Made by a program: the position numbers and the translations under genes. Of a DNA stretch of 39,882 nucleotides, positions 24,624-33,780 are shown in pieces (the stretch's first letter is position 1; each line of letters opens with the position of its first letter). The stretch is from Candidatus Bipolaricaulota bacterium (GTDB taxonomy: Bacteria; Bipolaricaulota; Bipolaricaulia; UBA7950; UBA9294). The stretch is from positions 1 through 39,882 of the forward strand of contig JAYEMK010000029.1 in the NCBI GenBank assembly GCA_034718095.1, written 5' to 3'. The notes under the pieces were generated by a model. It was not told the DNA's origin. It was given only the letters and a program-made list of their open reading frames with translations, and made no database searches.

Positions 24624-25894
24624 TCAAATCGATCTATCCCGGGGCCTTCTCCGCCAGGCTGGCAAACGGGGTCCGAATTCTGGCAGAGGAGGTCCCTACG
24701 TCCCGGGCAGTAAGCCTGGGAATCTGGATCAAGGCGGGGAGTCGAGATGACCCTCCTTCCCTCCCCGGCCTGGCCCATTTTTTAGAGCACCTCATATTCA
24801 AAGGGACACCCACCCGCGACGCGGCAAGGATATCCCGTGAGATCGACTCGATCGGGGGACGGATAAACGGGGCAACCGGAAAAGAATTCACTTTTTACTA
24901 CGTGGACGTCCCTGCTGCCGGCCTTCCCACCGCCCTGGAGGTGCTTACTGATCTGGTGGGACACCCTGCCCTCTTACCGCAAGAGATAGACAAAGAGCGT
25001 GGGGTGGTATTGGAGGAGATCCGTGGTCACCATGACGATCCAGAACAGGTCGCCTACGACCTGTTTATCGCCGGCCTGTGGAGAGATAAAAATCCGATCT
25101 CGCGCACCGTCCTGGGAGAGGGGAAAACGATCGCTTCACTTAAAAGACAACAGCTGGTCAAGTTTCACCGCCGCCTCTACCAACCGGAGAACATGTTCCT
25201 TGTCGCCTGCGGTGCAGTGGATCATGAATCTCTGTTCTCGAAGGCAGAGCGGCTATTCGATGGGAAATCCTCAACCCCTGTGCCAAAACGTAAAACGCCT
25301 CACATTAAGGGAGGCCGGATGTGGCATCATCGCCCCACTGGACAGACTCACGTTTACATGGGGCTACCCGCGCCGGCTGTCGCTGAGGGCGACCGTTTTC
25401 CGCTGGAGGTGGTGAACATGATCCTCGGCGGCGGGAGCGGCTCACGCCTGTTTCGCAGCATACGCGAGGAGCGGGGGCTGGCCTACGCCATCTCCAGTTC
25501 CACTAACTATTACTCCGATACCGGGGCGTGGCTCGTTTACGCTGGGGCGGCCCCAGAGAGTGTCGAAACCATCCTTGATCTTATGCAAGAGGAGCTTTCC
25601 CGATTGAAAGAGGACGGGGTCACCCAGGGGGAGCTCTCCCTGGCCAAGGCGAAGCTCAAGGGAAACCTAATCCTGGCCATGGAGGCCAACAATTACCTGA
25701 TGACAAGGCTGGGGACGGCCGCGGTCAAAAACGGTGAGCTTTTGTCCCCCGATGAGGTCCTCGCCCGATTGAAAGCGGTATCAAAGCGTGACATTGCCCG
25801 GGCAATAGATAGATTTCTACAGCTTGATTCCATGAACCTGACGGTGGTCGGCCCGACCAAGCCCAGTGTTGTACCAACCTCGAACTTTGACTAG
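24620..25894 (+). CDS. M16-family (pitrilysin/insulinase-like) zinc peptidase
   Basis: 424 aa with the inverted zinc motif HFLEH followed by LIFKGT. The GTG start overlaps the pnp stop (GTGA). Confidence 0.88.
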   Translation: MIKSIYPGAFSARLANGVRILAEEVPTSRAVSLGIWIKAGSRDDPPSLPGLAHFLEHLIFKGTPTRDAARISREIDSIGGRINGATGKEFTFYYVDVPAAGLPTALEVLTDLVGHPALLPQEIDKERGVVLEEIRGHHDDPEQVAYDLFIAGLWRDKNPISRTVLGEGKTIASLKRQQLVKFHRRLYQPENMFLVACGAVDHESLFSKAERLFDGKSSTPVPKRKTPHIKGGRMWHHRPTGQTHVYMGLPAPAVAEGDRFPLEVVNMILGGGSGSRLFRSIREERGLAYAISSSTNYYSDTGAWLVYAGAAPESVETILDLMQEELSRLKEDGVTQGELSLAKAKLKGNLILAMEANNYLMTRLGTAAVKNGELLSPDEVLARLKAVSKRDIARAIDRFLQLDSMNLTVVGPTKPSVVPTSNFD

Positions 25895-25906
25895 AATTAT
25901 CCTACC

Positions 25907-26404
25907 ATGCCTATATCGAGTGCTGTATATCCGGGAAGTTTCGATCCGATAACCTATGGACATATCGACATCCTTCGTCGGGCAAAGAGACTGTTTTCGA
26001 AGCTGATCGTCGCCATCGTCGCCAATCCCAACAAAGAACCGTTTTTCTCCGCTGCTGAACGGGTAGCCATCACCAGGGAGACATTGGAGGAGGCGGGGAT
26101 CTGCGGGGTGGAGGTGATCAGCTACAGCGGGCTTCTGATCGATTGTGCCAAAGAACACGGGGTAGACGCGATCGTGCGCGGGTTGCGGGCGAACTCCGAC
26201 TTCGACTATGAGTTCCAACTTGCGCTGACCAACCGTGACCTCGACGCTGACATAGAGACCATCTTATTTATGACGGACGGCCGCTACAGCTTCCTCTCCT
26301 CATCCATCGTCAAGGAGGTAAAGCGCCTGGGTGGGACCGTGGATTCGTTCGTCCCCCCCTCTGTAGAAAAGGCATTGGAGCGAAAGCTTCTTAGTCAGGG
26401 CTGA
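25907..26404 (+). CDS. coaD: phosphopantetheine adenylyltransferase
   Basis: 165 aa with AVYPGSFDPITYGHIDILRRA (nucleotidyltransferase T/HxGH motif) and the C-terminal ISSSIVKEV. Confidence 0.95.
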   Translation: MPISSAVYPGSFDPITYGHIDILRRAKRLFSKLIVAIVANPNKEPFFSAAERVAITRETLEEAGICGVEVISYSGLLIDCAKEHGVDAIVRGLRANSDFDYEFQLALTNRDLDADIETILFMTDGRYSFLSSSIVKEVKRLGGTVDSFVPPSVEKALERKLLSQG

Positions 26405-27942
26405 TTTTCGAGGTGGATCGGGGCCAGATCCAACACGTAGATTGGCAACTGTCGATACCCCATTACCTGGGCCCGCATCGCCTCGAACTGCGGGATGTCC
26501 TGGATCCATACCGCCACCGCATCGCTGGCGATGATTGTCTGCACCATGGCATATATTACCTTTCTCTTCTCTACATCGAACGTGTCTCTCCCCTGGACAA
26601 GCAATCGACGCAGGAAGGGATTCGTATACTGAAAGTAATATGTGGAGCGGCCTGCCTTGTCAACCTGTTCAAACGGCTTGGTAAAGTTCACAGCCGGCTC
26701 GATCCCCTGGTCATCGCCGATCACCGTCATGTCGTAGTCCCACTGCTTGTAGACGCGCTCGATCCACTGCCCCCACTCGAGTACCTCGAGTTGGCAGCGG
26801 ATCCCCACCTCCCTCAACTGATCAGCGACGATCTCACCGGTATGGATATGAAACTCGAACGGCTGCGGTAGGTAGATCTTCGTCTCAAATCCATCCGGGT
26901 ATCCCGCCTGTGTCAGAAGCTGGCGCGCCCGCGCCGGATCATGCGGGTACATGGGGACAAGATCCACGTAGTACGGATTGAGCGGCCCCATATGGGAGCC
27001 GATTGGACTCCCCCACTGTACGCGCCCCACTGTCCCAGCGATGATCTCCGCACGATCTACGGCATAGGATACGGCGCGCCGGACCAGGACGTTATCGAAC
27101 GGTGCCCGCGCGTTGTTCATCGCCAACAGCTGTGGGACGTTCATCAGGCCAGCGACAACCTTGAACCTTGGATCCCCCTCCAGCTGCTTAGCACTCTCCG
27201 CCACCATCTTGTCGACCAGATCGACATCGCCGGCGAGCAAGGCTGCCAAAGAGACAGCCTGATCAGGGATAAACTTGATAATCACCTTATCCAGCCGGGG
27301 GAGCCCCTGCCGCCAATAATTCGGGTTACGGTCAAGTGATATGTGATCCCCCGGCACCCACTCGTCAAATTCAAACGGGCCGGTCCCAATCGGATGGGTG
27401 CGCAATGCCTCCATCCCCGAGCCGACGGGGATGATCCCGGTCCCCTTGCCGGAGGCGAGATAGCCAAGAAGGGGTGAGGCCTTCCCATCCGTCACAAACC
27501 GCACCGTCAACTCGTCCAGGACAACCACCTCTCTCAGAAATGCAAACGGGGCGGCGTTTGGTGAGGCCACGGCCGGATCCAGGAGCCGATCAAAGGTATA
27601 GCGCACGGCTTCAGCAGTGAGGGTCTCCCCGGTGTGAAATTTTACCCCGGACCGCAGCCGGAAGGTGTACTGCGCACCAGTCTCAGTCTCTTCGACCTCG
27701 TATCCAGCCGCCAACAGCGGTACCAACTGCCCATCCTCTGTATAGCGCAGCAGCGGCTCCACCACGTTGTACATGAGGATCTGATAGGTCTCCGCGGACG
27801 GGGTTAGGATAAGGTTCAGCCCGAGCGGCTCCCCCTGTATCGCCACCCGTAGGGTCCCAGCTGGGGACTGCGCGTTTAAGGCACCCCCGAAAAGACCAAG
27901 CGTAATCGTCATCAACAGCAAAACCAGGCAACACCTGTACAT
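26395..27942 (-). CDS. ABC transporter substrate-binding protein, family 5 (peptide/nickel type)
   Basis: 515 aa with a signal peptide (MYRCCLVLLLMTITLGLFGGALNA). Its length and blocks (VKFHTGETLTAEAVRYTFDRL, NPNYWR) are typical of DppA/OppA/NikA-like proteins. The 3' end overlaps convergent coaD by 10 nt. Confidence 0.88.
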   Translation of the reverse strand: MYRCCLVLLLMTITLGLFGGALNAQSPAGTLRVAIQGEPLGLNLILTPSAETYQILMYNVVEPLLRYTEDGQLVPLLAAGYEVEETETGAQYTFRLRSGVKFHTGETLTAEAVRYTFDRLLDPAVASPNAAPFAFLREVVVLDELTVRFVTDGKASPLLGYLASGKGTGIIPVGSGMEALRTHPIGTGPFEFDEWVPGDHISLDRNPNYWRQGLPRLDKVIIKFIPDQAVSLAALLAGDVDLVDKMVAESAKQLEGDPRFKVVAGLMNVPQLLAMNNARAPFDNVLVRRAVSYAVDRAEIIAGTVGRVQWGSPIGSHMGPLNPYYVDLVPMYPHDPARARQLLTQAGYPDGFETKIYLPQPFEFHIHTGEIVADQLREVGIRCQLEVLEWGQWIERVYKQWDYDMTVIGDDQGIEPAVNFTKPFEQVDKAGRSTYYFQYTNPFLRRLLVQGRDTFDVEKRKVIYAMVQTIIASDAVAVWIQDIPQFEAMRAQVMGYRQLPIYVLDLAPIHLENQP

Positions 27943-28010
27943 ATTGACCTCCGCTTGTTATATAAATTATCTCAAAAAATACGTAAAAACGGCACAATCT
28001 TCAAGTCTGA

Positions 28011-28868
28011 TCAACCTGTATTGGCCAACCTTGGATCGAGCTGATCGCGAAGGCCGTCCCCAAGAAGGTTCAATCCCAGTACGGTTAGGGCAATAGCCAG
28101 GCCCGGGAAGAGGGCCAGACACGGCGCGGTGCCCATGAAGATCTGAGCCTCGCGAAGCATTCGGCCCCAACTGGCGTACGGAAGCTGAGTTCCAAGACCG
28201 AGATAGCTCAATCCCGCCTCGGCCAGGATGGCCACCGCGAACTGAATTGTACCCTGGACGATGAGCGCGGGGAGGATGTTCGGCAGGACGTGGCGCGACG
28301 CGGTCGACCAGCGCCCGCGCCCGAGGGCGTAGGCTGCCATGACGTATTCCTCTTCCCGCACCGCGAGGATGTTCCCCCGCGCCAGCCGGGCAAAGATGGG
28401 AATATTATGGATCCCGATTGCAATCATCGCGTTTATGACCCCTGGACCGAGGAGGGTGACGAACAAAATGGCGTTTAGTACAGCAGGAAAGGCGTACAGA
28501 ATATCCATCGCCCGCATCAATACCTCGTCTGACCATCCAGTAGAGAATGCGGACCAACCACCAATGAAGATGCCCACGGTCATTCCTATCCCCACGGCAA
28601 CGATCCCCACCAACAGGGAGTTCTGCGCCCCCTGCATGATGCGGCTGAGGACATCGCGCCCGTACTGATCGGTCCCCAATAGGTGGGCCCCACTTGGTCC
28701 CTGTAGGCGCTCGGGAATCGACATCTCTATTGGGTCATAGGGGGTGTAGACCCAGCTTATCCCCGCAGTGATCAGGACAATCCCCACCAGTGTGATCCCG
28801 AGCATGAGGTTGACCCCTTTCCTCGACCGGCGGGCCGACCGAATCAGTGTCGGGAGTATCACCATCAT
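28011..28868 (-). CDS. ABC transporter permease (DppC/OppC-like)
   Basis: 285-aa polytopic membrane protein with the N-terminal oligopeptide-permease C motif (HLLGTDQYGRDVLSRI) and an EAA-type loop (EEYVMAAYALGRGRW). Confidence 0.9.
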   Translation of the reverse strand: MMVILPTLIRSARRSRKGVNLMLGITLVGIVLITAGISWVYTPYDPIEMSIPERLQGPSGAHLLGTDQYGRDVLSRIMQGAQNSLLVGIVAVGIGMTVGIFIGGWSAFSTGWSDEVLMRAMDILYAFPAVLNAILFVTLLGPGVINAMIAIGIHNIPIFARLARGNILAVREEEYVMAAYALGRGRWSTASRHVLPNILPALIVQGTIQFAVAILAEAGLSYLGLGTQLPYASWGRMLREAQIFMGTAPCLALFPGLAIALTVLGLNLLGDGLRDQLDPRLANTG

Positions 28869-29843
28869 CTACTCCAGCCTGATCCTTGGATCGAGCAGCA
28901 CGTATGACAGGTCCACAAGCAGATTCATCACCACGACCATGACCGTGATCAACAGGACGACATCCTGTACCACCGGCAGGTCACGGTGACTGATCGCCTG
29001 GTAGGCGAGCCGACCGAGCCCGGGCAGATAAAAGACGTTCTCGATGATGATCGTCCCCCCAAGCAGAGAGGCAAACTGCAAACCGACAACGGTGACAATA
29101 GGAATCAGGGCATTACGCAGGGCGTGTTTATAGAGCACCATCCTCTCCACCAGCCCTTTGCCACGCGCGGTACGGATATATTCCTGATTCATCACCTCAA
29201 GCATGGTTGAACGGGTCAACCGCGTGACCACCGCAGCGTGTATCACCCCGAGGGCAAGCGAGGGGAGGAGGATCGATTTCATCGCACCAGGGACACTCTC
29301 CGACCAGGGGACAAACCCCCCGGCAGAGAACCAACGCAGCCGCACCGCGAACAGGAGAATGAGGAGGATCCCTGCCCAAAACGAGGGGACAGCCAGTCCT
29401 AACTGGGAAAAGACCATAATCCCATAATCCCCAAAACGATTACGGTGGATCGCTGCGTAGATCCCCAGAGGTATCCCCAGTCCAAGTGCGATCGCTATCG
29501 CCAACAGGGCGAGCGGTCCAGTGACGGCAAAACGAGTGGCGACCAGTTTGCCTATTGGCACCCCATACCTGAGCGATTCACCCAATGCACCACTTAAGAG
29601 TCCATCTATCCATATGAAATATTGCACATACAGGGGGGCATTGAGCCCGAGCCGCTCCCGCAGTGCGGCAAGCGATTCTGGGGTCGCCTCGGTGCCGAGC
29701 ATGATCTGTGCCGGGTCTCCCGGGATAACCCTGATCACAAGAAACACCAGGAGCGAGACCACAAACAGTGTGACTAAAAACCCAATGAATCGCCTTCCAA
29801 AATAGGCCAGCACTAAAACCCCCTCATTGTCTTCGCTCATCAT
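28869..29843 (-). CDS. ABC transporter permease (DppB/OppB-like)
   Basis: 324 aa. The N-terminal LVFLVIRVIPGDPAQIMLG is typical of DppB/OppB, with the EAA loop MNQEYIRTARGKGL. It is directly abutted by the next permease gene. Confidence 0.9.
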   Translation of the reverse strand: MMSEDNEGVLVLAYFGRRFIGFLVTLFVVSLLVFLVIRVIPGDPAQIMLGTEATPESLAALRERLGLNAPLYVQYFIWIDGLLSGALGESLRYGVPIGKLVATRFAVTGPLALLAIAIALGLGIPLGIYAAIHRNRFGDYGIMVFSQLGLAVPSFWAGILLILLFAVRLRWFSAGGFVPWSESVPGAMKSILLPSLALGVIHAAVVTRLTRSTMLEVMNQEYIRTARGKGLVERMVLYKHALRNALIPIVTVVGLQFASLLGGTIIIENVFYLPGLGRLAYQAISHRDLPVVQDVVLLITVMVVVMNLLVDLSYVLLDPRIRLE

Positions 29844-29871
29844 TATACGGGTCCCTCAATCATGGCGCAGC

Positions 29872-29899
29872 TTGAACCTAGACCAATGTTGTCTATAGT
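29872..29899 (+). promoter_or_regulatory. candidate sigma70-type promoter of the PiT gene
   Basis: -35 TTGAAC (29872-29877), a 16-nt spacer, then -10 TATAGT (29894-29899). It lies inside the 5' extension of the ORF-track ORF, which supports the downstream ATG at 29937. Confidence 0.35.
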
Positions 29900-29936
29900 C
29901 TATAGTTTAGACATAACACACCAACGAGTGATAAAC

Positions 29937-30869
29937 ATGTGGAGTATAATCAGTGGTGGATTTATGGGCTGGGCGCTGGGGGCAAACGATGCCGCCAACA
30001 TATTCGGCCCCGCGGTTACGAGCCGTTCCCTGCGCTTCTGGACCGCGGCCGGACTTGCATCCCTGTTCGTCATAGTGGGGGCGGTCCTGGAAGGCGCCGG
30101 GGGGTTCGAAACCTACAGTGCGATCACTGAACAGTCGCTTCTGTCAGGCTTCACCATCATGCTGGCCGCGGCAGGCACAGTGGCACTCATGACCTTAATC
30201 GGACTGCCCGTATCGAGCACCCAGGCCACGGTCGGGGCAATCATCGGGGGCGGTCTCCTCGCCGGTGAGATAAACATCGGGCCCCTGGCGAAGATCTTCC
30301 TCTCCTGGGTGCTCACCCCACTGGGTGGATTGATAGCTGCCTATGTGCCCTACAGAATCGCTCATTTCGGGGCCCATCCATTGCTGGAAAGGCTTTCCAC
30401 TCATGACGGGCTGATCCGGCTGGGGCTTATCCTGGTTACGTGCTACGGGGCCTATTCACTCGGGGCGAACAATGTGGCAAATGTAACCGGTGTCTACGTC
30501 AATGCTGGATTACTCTCTGTCCGCTCCGCCGCCCTTATAGGTTCAGGGGCGATCGCTGTTGGTATTCTCACCTTCAGCAGAAATGTAATCCGCACCGTAG
30601 GGGGCAGGCTCGTTCAGTTGGATCCATTGGCCGCACTGATCGTCATCCTCGCCGAGGCGGTCACCTTGAACGTATATGCGAGCCTGGGGGTTCCCGTCTC
30701 CGCCTCCCAGGCGGTGGTGGGGGCTGTCCTGGGAATAGGGCTTGTCAAGGGGGTTAAGACGATCGACTCACGCGCCCTTCTGCGGGTCCTGTTCGGCTGG
30801 CTGGGCACCCCGGCAATCGCCGGGGCGGGCTCGATCGGCCTCGGCCTGCTCATGCATGCTATCATGTAG
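29937..30869 (+). CDS. pit: inorganic phosphate transporter, PiT family
   Basis: Duplicated PiT signature GANDAANIFGPAV and GANNVANVTGVYV, and polytopic throughout. The ORF is open from 29862, but the conserved part begins just after the ATG at 29937 (MWSIISGGFMGWALGANDAAN). Confidence 0.88.
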   Translation: MWSIISGGFMGWALGANDAANIFGPAVTSRSLRFWTAAGLASLFVIVGAVLEGAGGFETYSAITEQSLLSGFTIMLAAAGTVALMTLIGLPVSSTQATVGAIIGGGLLAGEINIGPLAKIFLSWVLTPLGGLIAAYVPYRIAHFGAHPLLERLSTHDGLIRLGLILVTCYGAYSLGANNVANVTGVYVNAGLLSVRSAALIGSGAIAVGILTFSRNVIRTVGGRLVQLDPLAALIVILAEAVTLNVYASLGVPVSASQAVVGAVLGIGLVKGVKTIDSRALLRVLFGWLGTPAIAGAGSIGLGLLMHAIM

Positions 30870-33516
30870 AATCCAATGCCGCCTGTGCCGCGGCAAGGCG
30901 GGCGATCGGGACGCGGTAGGGGCTACAGCTAACATAATCCAAACCAACCTTATGGCAGAAGTGGATAGATGCGGGATCGCCGCCATGTTCGCCGCATATT
31001 CCGAGTTTGATATCAGGCCTCGCCTTCCGCCCGAGCTCACAGGCTATCTCCACCAGCTTGCCGATGCCGGCCTGGTCGAGGACCTGGAATGGGTCCTGTT
31101 CATAGATCCCTTTATCCACGTACTCCCGCAGGAACCTGCCAGCATCATCCCGTGAGAAACCGCATCCCATCTGAGTGAGGTCGTTCGTCCCGAAGCTGAA
31201 GAACTCCGCCTCCTGTGCGATCTCATCAGCGGTCACCGCCGCACGCGGAATCTCGATCATCGTCCCAACCTTGTAAGGGATATCCCGCTTGGACAATCCC
31301 CGCTCCCCCAGTACATCCTCCGCCACCCGGATGGATAGCTGACGCTGTAGGGCTAACTCTTTGACGTTTCCCACAAGCGGAATCATGATCTCTGGGATAA
31401 CCTTTCCCCCGTCAGAGAAGACGGCACAGGCCGCCTCCATGATTGCCCGTACCTGCATCTCTGATATCTCAGGATAGGTGATCCCCAGGCGGCAGCCGCG
31501 GTGTCCGAGCATCGGGTTAAATTCGTGTAAAGCCTCCACCGTTTCCTGTACCTGCTCCACCGGAATCCCCATCGCCTTTGCGATCTCACTTTGCCCGGCC
31601 TCGTCTTGGGGAAGGAACTCGTGCAGTGGCGGGTCCAACAGGCGCACCGTCACCGGTCTTCCCCCCATAGCATTGAAGATCTCCTCGAAGTCACCACGCT
31701 GCATGGGGAGAAGCCGATCGAGAGCCGCGCGTCGACCTTCTTCGTCCGCTGCGAGGATCATCTCCCGTACGGCCGTGATCCGATTTCCCCCGAAGAACAT
31801 ATGTTCGGTGCGGCACAATCCGATCCCCTCCGCGCCGAATTTCACCGATTGAGCTGCATCGGGTGGGGTATCAGCATTGGCCCGCACCCCGAGGGTCCTC
31901 ACCTCGTCCGCCCACTCCAGGATGGTGCCGAAGTCCCCGGATAGTTCCGGTTCTATGGTGGGGATCTCACCACGATAGACGGCACCTGTTGTTCCGTTGA
32001 GGCTGATCGGCTCCCCAGCCTTGATGGTCTCTCGCCCCACTGACAGCGTCCCTTCCGCGTAGTCGATCGAGAGCTCGCCGGCACCTGCTACACAGCATTT
32101 CCCCATTCCACGTGCCACTACCGCAGCGTGGCTAGTCATCCCCCCGCGGGCGGTGAGTACCCCGACAGCTGCGTTCATCCCCCCGACATCTTCCGGTGAG
32201 GTCTCAATCCTGACCAAAATGACCTTTTCGTCCTTCTCTGCTGCCCGCTCTGCCGCGGCGGCGGAAAATACGACCGCCCCGCTTGCCGCACCCGGGCTCG
32301 CACCAAGTCCCCGTGTGAGGGGGGTTGCCTTTTCCTCCTGCTCAGGATCGAAGATGGGATGGAGGAGCTGATCGATCTGCTCCGGGGTCACCCTGGCCAG
32401 GGCCTCCTGTTTCGTTATCATCCCCTGCCTGACCATCTCCACTGCCATCCGCACGGCGGCGGCAGCGGTGCGCTTCCCGGTACGGGTCTGCAGCATGTAC
32501 AGTTCTCCATCCTGGATGGTAAATTCCACGTCCTGCATGTCGCGGTAATGGTCCCCCAGGGTCTCCCTGATCTTAAGCAGCTCCTGATAGACGGCTGGCA
32601 GCTCCTTTTCCAGGGTCTCAATTGGCTTCGGGGTGCGGATTCCTGCCACCACGTCCTCGCCCTGTGCGTTCATCAGGTACTCGCCGTAGAAGCTGTTCTC
32701 GCCGGTTGCCGGGTTGCGGGTGAACGCGACCCCCGTGCCGCATTTCTCTCCCATATTTCCGAACACCATTGCCTGCACGTTGACCGCTGTCCCGACTAGG
32801 CCACGGATCTGGTTCAACTGCCGGTATTTTATCGCCCTTGGGTTGTTCCAGGAATTGAACACTGCCCCAACCGCCCCCCACAGCTGTTCCATCGGGTCCT
32901 GTGGGAAATCTACCCCGAGCCTGTCCTTGATCAATCCCTTGAACAGTTCAACGAGTCTCTCCAAATCTGCCTCCACAAGCTCGGTGTCAAGCTCTACCCC
33001 CTGGTCCTCTTTCAGGGAGGCAATGACGTCCTCGAACGGATCGGTATCGGATTCACCCTCAGGCCTCAGGCCGAGCACTACATCCCCGTACATCTGGAGG
33101 AGTCGCCGGTAGGAGTCGTAGGCGAAGCGGGAATTACCAGTCTGTTCGATCACGCCCTGCACTGTCCGATCCGTCAGCCCTAGATTGAGGACGGTGTCCA
33201 TCATTCCCGGCATGGATACCGCAGCACCAGAACGGACGGAGACAAGCAATGGAGAATCGCTGTCTCCGAACCGTCGCCCTGTCTCTTTCTCCAGCCGGGC
33301 CAGGTTTGCCTCCACCTGTTCCCGCATCCCTTGGGGATAGCTATGGTCGTTTTCCTGATAATATCTGCATACCTCGGCGGATATGGTGAATCCAGGTGGA
33401 ACAGGTATGCCGAGGCTGGCCATCTCTGCCAGGTTTGCCCCCTTCCCTCCGAGGATCTCCTTCATTGAGGCAGAACCCTCACTCTCACCTTTACTGAAAA
33501 AATATACGTATTTCAT
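30862..33516 (-). CDS. ppdK: pyruvate, phosphate dikinase
   Basis: 884 aa with the N-terminal LGGKGANLAEMASLGIPVPPGFTI, the phosphohistidine swivel motif GGMTSHAAVVARGMG and the C-terminal PEP-utilising barrel (FFSFGTNDLTQ). The SD GGAGG precedes the ATG. Confidence 0.97.
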   Translation of the reverse strand: MKYVYFFSKGESEGSASMKEILGGKGANLAEMASLGIPVPPGFTISAEVCRYYQENDHSYPQGMREQVEANLARLEKETGRRFGDSDSPLLVSVRSGAAVSMPGMMDTVLNLGLTDRTVQGVIEQTGNSRFAYDSYRRLLQMYGDVVLGLRPEGESDTDPFEDVIASLKEDQGVELDTELVEADLERLVELFKGLIKDRLGVDFPQDPMEQLWGAVGAVFNSWNNPRAIKYRQLNQIRGLVGTAVNVQAMVFGNMGEKCGTGVAFTRNPATGENSFYGEYLMNAQGEDVVAGIRTPKPIETLEKELPAVYQELLKIRETLGDHYRDMQDVEFTIQDGELYMLQTRTGKRTAAAAVRMAVEMVRQGMITKQEALARVTPEQIDQLLHPIFDPEQEEKATPLTRGLGASPGAASGAVVFSAAAAERAAEKDEKVILVRIETSPEDVGGMNAAVGVLTARGGMTSHAAVVARGMGKCCVAGAGELSIDYAEGTLSVGRETIKAGEPISLNGTTGAVYRGEIPTIEPELSGDFGTILEWADEVRTLGVRANADTPPDAAQSVKFGAEGIGLCRTEHMFFGGNRITAVREMILAADEEGRRAALDRLLPMQRGDFEEIFNAMGGRPVTVRLLDPPLHEFLPQDEAGQSEIAKAMGIPVEQVQETVEALHEFNPMLGHRGCRLGITYPEISEMQVRAIMEAACAVFSDGGKVIPEIMIPLVGNVKELALQRQLSIRVAEDVLGERGLSKRDIPYKVGTMIEIPRAAVTADEIAQEAEFFSFGTNDLTQMGCGFSRDDAGRFLREYVDKGIYEQDPFQVLDQAGIGKLVEIACELGRKARPDIKLGICGEHGGDPASIHFCHKVGLDYVSCSPYRVPIARLAAAQAALDST

Positions 33517-33560
33517 TAAAACCTCCGTAAGTTTTCCTGTACTTGTTTAGCGTCCTGGTT

Positions 33561-33710
33561 CGCCATTGATCCCGAATCCTTTATATAATTTATTCGTGCC
33601 ATTCGTGATTCCATCATAATCCTAAACTCTAACTACATATCACGAATTTCACGAATTAACTGATCACGAATCCCACAAATTATTCGTGCAATTCGTCCAT
33701 TTGTGATTTT
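33561..33710. repeat. array of ATTCGTG / CACGAAT heptamers (three inverted 16-nt units plus variants) upstream of ppdK
   Basis: ATTCGTGccATTCGTG lies at 33592-33607, its reverse complement CACGAATttCACGAAT at 33641-33656, and ATTCGTGcaATTCGTC at 33682-33697. Extra copies or variants are at 33665-33671, 33674-33680, 33571-33577 and 33699-33705. Confidence 0.6.
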
Positions 33711-33780
33711 CCTCTGGCCCAGACGCTAACCACACACGTTTCTCTGTCGGGATTACAAAAGCCTCATTCCTGGCTACAGC

